From assembly GCA_002633005.1 (NCBI GenBank), contig NMRA01000256.1, forward strand, positions 344,120-408,119: DNA of 64,000 nt. The letters are read 5' to 3'. The position numbers and the translations under genes are program-made. This DNA comes from Phoronis australis. Taxonomy: Eukaryota > Animalia > Phoronida. The notes under the pieces were generated by a model. That model was not told where the DNA came from. It was given only the letters and a program-made list of their open reading frames with translations, and did no database searches. Shown piece by piece: positions 11,901 to 23,900 of this stretch. Position 1 is the first letter of the stretch. The number at the start of each line of letters is the position of its first letter.

Positions 11901-14900
11901 GTAGTTAATAAAAGTGATCTCAAATTGTTACCTATTCAAATTAGTATTGACAATTCATTATTGATTGAGATCAGGCTTAAAAGGTGTTGCACCAACCCAG
12001 TTGAGTCATTATGTAGGCCAATTGTTGTCTTACCAAAAATGAATAGCCAATTCGTTCCAAGCTTAGAAATCACCAATCCTAGTAAGGAACAGTTAATTTA
12101 GATCTGTTTTATAATGGTAAGTGGCCTGAATGAAAAGTCTTAAATTCGTATTCACTTTGTTGAAGCTGTGAGAAAGTAACCAGCCCAGGGCAATATCTTG
12201 ATTTTTCCTCAGAAGAACTGAAAAGAATAAATCTCCATCAAATTTTGAGAACATGAAGGCAATTATCCGTCGCAGAACCCTGTTGATTTCTTGTGCACTC
12301 TGCATGTGGCCAGCTTTGTTATAATTTAATGTTGTTGAAACTTTTTATGCATGATGTAATTTTTTAACTTCGCTCTGTAGTAAACTAAGGCCTTTATAAT
12401 ATATTAATACAGGATATCTTATTCATAAAAGAGCGAATAAGTACATGCTTATACGACTAAAAGTCACTTTTAACTGCACTTGACATTTTGACTGTCAGAC
12501 AGATTTAATTTTCACGTGCTGTCATTAATATACTTGGGGATTGATTAATACCACATTAAAATATGTGTGTTTTCCTGTTACAGTGAAGGCCAAGATGCCA
12601 TGGCTCTGAAGAAGCTACAGCAATTTGTTATCTCCTTAATGGGAGAGTACTTTGACTATGTACAGAGGCGTGTACAGCTAGAAGTGAGTATGGTCGTCTG
12701 TCAGCAATGGGCATATGGATTGTGACCTTTGACCTGTGCCTTTAAGGGTCTGATGCGCTTCTTCTGTAAATGAAGAGCTTGCTGCCTTGTTATTTTGGCT
12801 TAATGTGCATGAATTGAAGATGGTGAATCCAGATGCTTGCATAATATCAGATCGTATAACATTGCTGTTATCAATGAAATAGAACTCTATATATTTGAAA
12901 TTTTTGCAAGAAGTGACTGAAAATACAGAGAGCTTTTCTCGGCTATCCTAGATGTGAACTTCTTGCAATAGTCACAGGGGTCCCAGATTTTGAGAATCGG
13001 TTTGATGCCCGTTATTCAGTGTAGAAAGCTGGCTCTCAAAATGCAGGATCCTGTATGTGACTTACCGAACCTCTAAAGCAGCTGTTCTGCTGTGCAGATT
13101 AATAGGAATGCCATGTTTTATTGGGACTCCGTTCCCTTTCAGAAAGAGACTGGTGATAACACCATTCTGGTGCGAGCTCTTGACAGATTCCATCGTCGCC
13201 TGCAAGCCATGAACAAGTTACTTCCTGACACGGACTTCTCAAGGTACAAAATAACAATTTTCTTCTTGCAAACAACCTCCCTAAATTGTTCCAGAATTGC
13301 AATAGTCTCACTGTGCATTACAATTACATTCAGATAATTAACAGTGAGTGATTAGGTTTGTTATTGCTGTTATTTATTCATATAGTTAAGTAAAGTGATA
13401 GCCATGTTGTGCTATGTGACGTGTATGTCTGATTATGTTCAGAGTAAATGGATGTCTTTGGACATTGATTGAAAAGACTATAATAAAGTATCTAACTTTC
13501 AGCCACGTCCATTATTGCAACAATATCTGACATACTAACTTTGCGAATAGTCGTCAAACTAAATCTGTATAAATCAGTGATCCCTGGTCAGATCCAAGAT
13601 GTACTTAATCAGTGTTTGTGTAACTATGCCTGTGCGAACAACTGAACACATCTTGTCTCTATTTTCAACTCTGACTACTTTTTACAAGCAATAAAAATTT
13701 TGCCAAAAATACAAACTGTACAAATAATGAAGCAACATTTCCTGAATATGTTTTAGTTGAGAAACATTGAAACAGAAAGTTTCAAAAAATTCCCCATCTG
13801 GTAGGTGCTAATTCAGTAATGTAGTAATTTACTCCAATTGATTTTATTCCAGAGCTGGTACAGACATTGTATCCAAGGCTGCCAGAGACCGATCTGCTCA
13901 CTATCTGCAGTCACTGCAGCAACACTTTGCAGGTAATATTGTTATTTTACTAGTTGTTCGATGATGTTCTGATGAAGTACATGATGCAGTCAAACTTTTG
14001 GAAAAATTTTAATTTTCGCTGAACATCGAAAAAATTGTTTGTGGTTGTAGGATTCATCACTTCTGGTTTCTTCTTCATAGTTGGTTGATTATTACTGTAA
14101 AATGTCAGTAATTTCAGACAAAAATAATCGCCAAAATTGTCCCATTTTCATTTTCGAGGGCTTCTAACATTGTTGAGGATGCTCGCAATTTTCGAAACAT
14201 TGTCTTGCGATAGCGGTGGTGCTCAACTTGATCGTGGAAAGCATTAATTTGTTGCTCCATATCTTTTAGGGAAACATGAGAAAATTATTCCACTTGTCCA
14301 CCATATTGTGTCCCAAATTGGAGAACTTTTACCCAAAGTCCTGTGTCCATGACACAGTAACTTGTCAGATCAGCAGGTTAATACTGTATACCTCTTGCTT
14401 CACTCTGCCTGACTTGTATACATTTCTTTGGATCAGAGTCCTGTCACTTTCATTCATTACACAAACCTTGAACTTTAATTTGTTTCCAGACTGCCTGACT
14501 GATGTGCGCCAACACCTGGCTGCCCCCCGCCTTGTCGGCAAGGAGACGAGTAACTTGGCTGACACGCTGGTCAATATGCATACTGCTATAGTTGACCAAA
14601 TGAAGTCCGTTCTTGTGAACTTACAGGTACACCTACATTAAGTCATTACACAGCCAGTTCTATCACTCATTTACAGACAATCAGCGTTTTCATAGCATTT
14701 CTTGTAATTGTATTAATAGGTCTGATAACAACTAGATAATACCCTGTACCCACAACCCAATAACTCAGTTGACATACGCAACTCTAACACTACATCTGGC
14801 TTTTAACAACTTGTCTCTACTTAGTCTCTAACCTATTCACAGCTCACTGTTACTTATCCTCAATGGTTCTGTAACATGATGGGATTTTGTCAGTTTTGCC

Positions 14901-17900
14901 TTATTTCATTTGAAGTTTAATTAATTTGTAATTTTGAAGAAAATTGGAAAATATATCTGGTGTCCTAAAAGGACTCCAACTTTGACATTCCATTATATGA
15001 ATTCAGAGCATTCTAGAAAAATTAAAACAGTTTGAAGGGGTCACATGTCCTTGTAATTTACACACTGATGCATTGTAATTTGAAAGCAGCATGAATTGAA
15101 AATACAACCTCAGCTTGTTTTTCCCGACAAGAAGTTCATTGTAAGTACCTCAAGTGCGATTAATGAAGCAGATCACTTGCCAAAGCAAACACATTCCAAA
15201 ACTGCATTGTCAAGGGCTGTTAGACAAATCATAAAATCACATTTCTTAGAATAAATATTATATATGGGTTTAGATTTTTTTGCACTAACCTACCAAACAC
15301 CAGTCATTTTTGGACACCTGGTATAAATTAAAAAAATACTAAACCATGTTGTGGGGACTTCTCTTATAACTGCGTGTGACATGTCAACTGCTAGTGCACA
15401 AATATCATTCTTCCCCTAGGACTTGAAAGCATTATTATCTGCTAAAACACTACCACATAATGGCATTATACAATGGGTTTCCAGCGAGGTGCTTTCTCCC
15501 TACTTCTGTAGATTAGCTCATCCAAGTGTTAATCATTCTGTCATGACTTGTCAAACTTGTTCCAAAGGCTTTTGAGGATTGGCAAAGATTACAGGCTGAG
15601 CTTTGTTTTGTTTCAACGATTTAAGTAATCCTGACATAGTTAATATCTTTTAGTTGGCTGAATGTGGGTTGTTAAGATATTCACCTCCTCGCTCAGTCTG
15701 ATATCTTGTTTACACATTTCGTAATAACTCCTTGTTGCTGCGGTTGAGACATGTTAATGTGGGATTCCCAAGATGCATTTTGTGTTTAAAAGGATTTACA
15801 TTCATGTATCATTTAATGGGCAATGTGAGTTTACAATGTTCCATATGGAATCACTCGATGATGAGGATAGTTAAAATTGGTTAAGTTATTCTGTGCACAA
15901 CACTCCTACTTCTCTCCATTGTTTCAGGCATTCATCGCCACTGACATTACGTTCGCCATGAAGGTGTACTTTAGAAGTGCCTTCTGTCAACAAGATGTGA
16001 GAGAGAACCTGATGGTTGCCTACCTGAGACATGTATTTAGAGTGTGCCAAGTAAGACCAAAACTACATATGGTATATGGCCATTCAAATGCCAATATTCA
16101 AAATATTTTTTTCAAATAAAGATACTATTGGGTTTTGCAAAAGACACCTGCACCTAAGATTCACTTATAAGTGCAGGCCAGTAGCCTTGGCATATGGTGG
16201 TGATTCGTGATTTTCGTCCATTTCTTTAAGTGTTGATAATGTTGTAACAAATAAAATTAAGTTTTCTAGTTTGTGAACAATCTGTTTAATAATTGTGATA
16301 TTTTTGCTGAATGACAATTAGTGTGTTAACAGATTCCTTAATGGTTGTAATCGTGAGATATTTTATTTGTCTGTCTTTAATCAGCATGCAATCATTTTGG
16401 TATTTCAGCACAACCTTTGTTGAATTCTTAGTTTTCTCAATATTCATCTGCCATGAAACATTGGCTGAGTTTTAAATTTAGCGCTCGTTGAGGAAGTTGT
16501 AGGATTCTGAATCGATTAGTAGTCACAGTCTCCGGAAGTTTAAAAACATCGTAACTGAAACTTCTCACGCTCGTGTTTATGTTCATGTTGTAAATGTTCC
16601 AGGACTTCTGTTCAGGCTGTGCCAGTAACTCTCCTCCCACCCTCATCTTACTCCTGTCTAGACTATGCCTGGACTTTGACAATTCCACGATAGGATACTT
16701 GGTAAGTTCTGGGCACATGCAGCTATTTCCAGTGATTGCATAATACATACAGTACAAGCCAAAATTATTCAGACAAAATAATCCCAAATTCCCCCATCGG
16801 CTGGGCGTAAGCTGAATTCATCACGAGAGCAAGAATGAAGGGGACTTAACAGAGATGTTAGTAACTAAGGTAGCCAAATCCTTTTGTAAGTAGAATTTTG
16901 CCACCCTGATTATCAGTACCCCAGTTCACCCGTGATCTTTTCTGTTCTCAGAATTAACCTTCATGATGGGGAGGCGGTATTTTGTCCGATTACTTTTGTC
17001 TTGAACTGTATTTGGTGCTGTGTCGTCTATGACCTGTTTGCTCATTCTGTCTACTGTACCCAGCCACTGATTTACTATGTTTCAAGTTTATCTTAAGCAG
17101 AGATGATTGCAGATGTTGTGTATCAGAAGGATGAGCCTCTTTAGACCCGTGTGACATATGGTTGGCAATATGTTCTATGTCTCCAACTCATAAATTGCTC
17201 TTACTATGACATCATTTCCAGATAGCGCACCTTGGAAGTGTTTAATGTATGTGAATTGTCCATTTGTCTCACTTTGCAATTGGCTGCTAGACAAGGATGA
17301 GCACGTGAAGACATGTTTACACCAGGCCTATGACAATTTTATAGCAAATTGCTCTAATCCTTGTAATTCTTGTAATACGTAGTAGTGGTGACTGGTCAGG
17401 ATTTTAGGAGTGTGTGGATGAAGTATGCTTTCGTGATGTTCCAAGATTGGACTCTTGTATAAAGTTCAGAAAATGTTGGATTATGCCTTTGAAGGAGAAT
17501 GCCAGCCAAAAACAACCTATTTTGTATCAATTTAGATCGAGTAGTTCCACTCGATTACAGGAAGTTCAGTTGTTTTACCTGACACCTAACTGCAGATGGA
17601 GGTGTTGAAATAAGCAATGACGTAATCGGTTCGAATGCAGTCTGTTCAGCCGTTCACAACAAGCTTACTGGTGTCAACTTATCGCTTGAATTCATCGTTT
17701 TACACCAATAAATCATCAAAATTCAATGTAAACCCTTACAAATACATCAAGTTCTTGAACAAATGTTTTGTTTTATTTCACTGTTACGGATTTATAGGTA
17801 TTTGAATGTACTGTAGCCTACAGAGTTCGCCTGTAGGCCAATTTACCATGGTCAATTGTGGGATTTTGGGTCTGTTTGGTGATAAATTCGAATCATTCTT

Positions 17901-20900
17901 CCGTGAAATGGCTGTATCCAAATAAAGATTCCCTAACATGTGACCATAGAATATAACATCAAGTTATTGTTTCACAACAGCTTTCTGTCAGCAAACACTG
18001 AATTAGCATGCGCTCACATGGCCTCGGTGCCCGGTCAATTACCTTTATTGCATCGAAAGCCAGTAACGCAGTGGTTTAGTCATTGCTGGTTTCTCAAAAC
18101 ATTTGCACTGACGAATACTCCAAAGGCATCACAAGTTATATCTAACGAGACAGTCTTTGTTTCAGTTTGATACAAGCATGGGTTAGGGTGAGAATAATTC
18201 ACTTTGAAACAGAACGCAGAATAATAACGTATACATGGCAAATTGCCCGGCACAAATCCAGACTTAGTCAAGAGCTCATCCGAAGAAGACTACATGGGTC
18301 GGATCATTAGGTTTCACAAGCTATAAGTTCGAACCGAAATACACTGATCAAGAAATATTAGAGAGGTGCCATGAACATGCACAGGCATCTGAATGTATGG
18401 ATAGTTCTTTGGTAAGCCGGAATTCGTCAGAGAAATCACTCTTGACGAAATGCCGGCCACAGACACGATGTTTCATGGCCTCATACTTGCTTTTAACAGA
18501 CGTGTATTTTTCATTCTTCACTACCGCGAGCCACTTCCTAAGCATTTCGGGCTCTTGAGGAAGTCGAAAACACAATGTACCTGCTTTCTTCGCAGCTCCG
18601 TAGTTCGGACAAGCGGGAACGATGCACAGCAATATAGCGACATTCACTCTGTAGATGAACCGCTGACGTCGCTGTGTCATTTCTCACCTTCCTCACAAGT
18701 TAACACGACACCTCACGGCAAGATGAGGTCAACTGTATGAGAGGCAATGTGGATATAGGCCGATTAAGACAGTAAAAATGACTAATTAAATCGGGTGGCA
18801 TTCTCCTTTAAGAGATCTGGGATGTGTTCACTTTGGTAACTTTTCCATAACTATGCAAACTTTTGCTATTGTTTAACAATTGAACTGATGACCTCACTGG
18901 ATCCATGTTTGTTGGATATTGAACCCACACTGCTATTAGTTTCTAATCCTTGTCGCTTCGCAGATTAAAAGGAAACTTGGATTGGTAGGCAACTGAGCAT
19001 TTAGGTGATGTTATAGCCATGCAAAGTGAGAAAGTAGTCTCTTACATGTGACCTGTTGGTATCATATATTATATGTTCTGTCACTGAATCAGTGGATTGG
19101 TTAGAGGGAACATTGTACTAAGTATTCCCACAATAATTTTGTGTATGTTACTTTTTGTTAATAACTTATAATCTATATTTTTGCCGCAGCTGATCTTAAC
19201 AGACGAACAGTTCATGGTTGAGGACAAGTCCTCTCTCACTCCCATCTCAACGCTTTGCGCCGAGGCAAAAGACACAGCCCAACGACTGTTGGATCATTAT
19301 GTGAGGGTGCAAGGACTGACCATATCACAGGTAGTAGTGTAGGGATCTCACTCAAGTGTCAAGACTTATTGAAGATATTAGCTTTGACGAGAGTGTTGAA
19401 ACAACAAAATCGTTTTTATGTGCCCACATATTTATTGGTTGCATATTGCCGTCATCTCTGTCTGGGCGTCCGTCGTCTGTTGTCCAACATCCACAGCTAA
19501 ACCCCTCACAGGATCTTGATGAGATTTAGCAGATGTGTTCCTATGAAGCTGATGACAGATGACGATGGATTTCGGACCTCTCCGACTACTGGTGTACCCC
19601 TTAGTGACAATTTTTGTTTTTTACACTTACCTCTGTATCCTTGGAGGTTCTTTGATGGATTTTTATAAAATTTGCCAGTTAGGCATCTATTATTGAGGTG
19701 ATGCCATCCTCCCATTTTCGGACGGATTCGAGGTACTTTGCACCACCTGCTGGCCATTTTTATTGTTTTTTGGTGTCCGCCCTTCTATCAACCAAACCAT
19801 TCTAAGGATGATAGTGGAAATTGGCAAGTATGTTCCTAATGTGAAGAGGAGGGCTCACGATGATTTTCCGACGACCTTGACAACTGTGGCGCCTCCTAGT
19901 GAAATTTTTTACGCCCATGGCTGTATCTCCTAAACCCTGTGCAGGATCTTTATTAAAGTTGGCAAGTGTATTTATAGGAACTTGAAAATAAACAACTTTC
20001 AGATGGATCGGACTACTTTTGTGTCCCCTAGTGGCAATTTTAGTTTTTTTAATTTAACCTCTGGATTTTCATAAAATTTGGCAGATAGTGAGTTGACGCA
20101 ATCCTCCGGATTTCGGTTTGGCTGTATCTCCTGAACCCTTTGCAGGATCTTTACTAAATTTAGCAAGTGTATTTATATGAGGTTGCAATGAACGACGACG
20201 ACTTTCGGACGGATCTGACTACCATTCTAAGGATGATTTTGAAAATTGGCGTTTATGTTCTCATTGTGATGAGGACGGTTGACGATGATGACTTTGACTA
20301 CTGTGGCGCCTACTTGTGACATTTTTGTTTTGTTTTGCGCAATTAACTGTATCTCCTAAACCCATTGCAGAATCTTTGTTAAATTTAGTAAGAAGTGTAT
20401 TTATGTGAAGTTAACAGACGACGATTTTCAGAAGGATCCCGCAAATGCTCTGCCCCCTAGTGGCAATTTCATTTGTTCCATTTTTCTTTGTTTTTCTGAA
20501 GTTCCTTGACAGATTTTTATTTAATTGTTAATTATTAAAGAGACGATGGCATATTCCCGATTTCGTATGGATTCGACATATTTTGCGTCATCTAGTGGCC
20601 ATTTTTATGATACAAATAAACAACCCTAGAAGCACACCATTTGTTGTGTATTCGTCAGCTCATTTCAATGCTCGTGTTGCTCTTGTTGTGATTGTATTAC
20701 AAATCACCAATTATCTGCCAGTTATTTGCTGAACTCAAGGCGTGTGATTTTACAAGTTAAAAACGCATTCAAAAGCAGTGGTCATGAGCTGGACTGTAAC
20801 CATGGGGGTTGTGACCTCGATTCTGCATTAGGGCTAATCTCAGCCAACCACTTGCCGATAATGTAACGTGTGATAAATGAGATATGAATTTTACTATATG

Positions 20901-23900
20901 TGACCCACCACGACAAAATGAGTCTTAAGTCGGAAACTCAATTTCCTGACAAGACTACAAACAGTCGCTATCGGTTAAAATTAGGTCAAATTTTTTTATT
21001 GCAGATTATGATTATTTATTCATTCTACTCCACAAAACAATACTTTAAAACGATCAAACTTCATTTTAAACCTTATTTATTTCATTTTGAAAAACATCAC
21101 CTTCTCCACGACTGCATATCTCGTGAAATTTTCATCGAAATTTGCCGGTTTTCGTGTCCTCATTGATCAGTCTTCCGATGACCCAATTTCGCTCGTAAAC
21201 ACATCAACAGAAAGGTCAAACTCTGCTCATTATGCATGTAGTAATCTCTTTGAGTTTTTCGTCCAATCATAAGTCGTTATTTCACTTTTNTGTTAACTTA
21301 ATGGTTTTTGTTATAATACAATCACTTCCCCATTTGGAAGTGTATTTCTGAGTTTTGTGGACTTATTGCTTCCACTGTAATGGCTCTTTATCTGCCTTGA
21401 GTTTGTTCTTGTTAGAATATCCGAGAAATACTTCATAACTAAGGTTGAACGTTCATTGATTCTGCAGTGATTATTTGTACCATTCAGGTAATGTTGAGTG
21501 GGATTACGTTTTTACATAGCTACTGTTTTGTGAGCAAGCACCAGAGGCTTTGTTTAGACATTGAATAAGTTGTATTAAGTTAACCTTTACCGTCATTTGA
21601 TAGTTCTTTTGATTATTTCCTTTGACCAATTAGATGCTGAGGAAGAGTGTGGAGACACGTGATTGGCTGAACACCATTGAGCCACGTAATGTCCGAGCAG
21701 TTATGAAGAGAGTAGTTGAGGACATATCGGCCATAGACTCCCAGGTCAGGAACTTGGTCATACACGAACTGGGGTGTGGACACAGAAACTTAGTCATATA
21801 CAAACTGGGGCATGGACCCAGGAACTTAGTCTTATACAAAAAAGGTTCATAAAACAAATTCAAAACAAAATGATAACTAAAACAATAACTGTACTGCAGA
21901 GTTTGAGGTTTCATTTTGAACATTTATATCCAACAAAATTTGGTCATGTTATTGATAACGTTTTGCTTTAAATTACGTTTTTGCTAAATTTTACAAAAAA
22001 AGCATGGTCGCAAGACCCAATCAGCAGCAGATTGGTATAAAGTCACAAATCAAATTCTACAAATTGTCACAACTGTCAAAATCTGATGATTACGACAGTT
22101 TGTGCCGTTGCGATAGTTTGTTGCCGTAGATCACTCTATGATGTGTTACTTAAAATTTTGTTGTGTTTTCACACAGTGGAGATGTGAAGAATGGTACACT
22201 TTGGCTTTCTGAACAGAATTTTTTTCAAATCATCTTTTAAGGAAAATGTTGTCTACATTTCAGGTGGGTCAACTGTACGAAGAGGGCGTGCGCAAGGAGC
22301 GGAGTAGTGATTCTAGTAAAAAGACATATTATAGCCAGACGTCGCGACAGCCTCAAAGACAACAGTGGTCGTATGCTGATAGGTAAGTGAGACAGTCAAA
22401 GTGGGAATGAGAGATGTAGCATTTTTCTATTTTAAAATTACAAAATTCCACTGGAATATCGTTTGGATCTCTTTGCTTGACTTTAACCCATTAAAACCAA
22501 GAAATAAGTTACACTTTGTTTCAGTTGGCCAAATATTTTGTTTTGATTTTGCACCCATCAGAAGAAATAGGTTAAGTTGTGGAGTAAGGCAAGTTACAGT
22601 TGTTTTTGCAGCATCATTTGTGGTTAGTTGGATTGTCTCAAATTTGTTTGTTTTTGGGTCCACTGCAGATAGCGTGCTACAAGCTGACCTGTCTACTTCA
22701 AGTGGACTGAGCTGACTGCTTCACGCCAAATGTGAGGAATTGACAATACTTGAGCTAGCTGATAGCTCATTCAATTGGTTGTTGTATTAACACATATTGG
22801 TGTGAGCTGTCAGCTCAGCTCTAAGCTTTTCATCTGTGGCAACCCTTACTATGAACTTGATGATTGATTTTATGGTTTTGTTTAAATTCTGGATTAAATT
22901 TGAACTGTTTTACTTATTTGCAGCATTGATAATAGCCTGATGAGCTATATTCAAAAAAGGTTGTTTTCAGAGAAGATTGAAATTTTCAGCCCAGTCGAGT
23001 TCTCCAAAGTTTCCGTTTTGACGGGAATTATAAAAATTAGTTTAAAGGTGAGTTCCCGAGTACTGCAACTGTTTTGGCATTTGCTGAATGCTGCATCTGC
23101 AGATAAATAAAAATTGCTCAGTTATTAGAAATGATCATAAATTGTCATGAGTTATGATAACCCTTGGTTGAAGACTTTTATCGACTATTAATGTGAATTT
23201 ATGGGATGAAACGTACTCTCTGTCAAGTGTAGCTTTGTGTGTTTCAGACATTCCTGGAATGCGTCCGCTTGAGGACATTTGGCAATTATGGCTTGCAACA
23301 GATTCAGGTGGACACACATTATCTTCAGCTGTATCTTTGGAGATTTGTGTCAGATGAAAAGTAAGTCGTTACTATTCCATGTTTATGCACCCGTATAATA
23401 TGCGTATGTCTGCTCATATTGCTGTCATCTCTGTTTAGGATGTATCTACTAAACTCCTTGTAGGATCTTCATGTTCCTCTTGACAAGAGCATAGCTTACG
23501 CTGAGCTTTGGACGGATCCAGCTGTTGCTACGCTATGTTGTAGCAATTTTACCTCTTCTGCCTCTGTTACTACCAAGTCCCAGGGTGGAACTTGATGAAA
23601 TTTGGCACGTTTTTCTTAAAAGAAGACAGTACCTGCTCATTTACGGATAGTTCTGGCATGTTGCGCATCATTTAGTGGCAGTTTTGGTATTCCGGTGCCC
23701 GTTTTTTGGCATTAGTCTTTCTGCCAAACAATTTGAAGAATCATTGCAAAATTTGACTCTGGTCATTTTATTGACAGACATTTTTGATGTTGATTTTGGA
23801 CAGTTTCAAATACTGCTGCGCCCCCTAATGGTAGTTTTAGTTTCCTTAATTTGTCGCAGTACCAACCAAGTTTGATGAAGGATCTTTTTGGTATTTGGCA

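Noticed and set aside
22669-22715. Extra VPS51 exon after CTGCAG
   Set aside because: Immediate TAG in the required phase; exons 18 and 19 already join cleanly.
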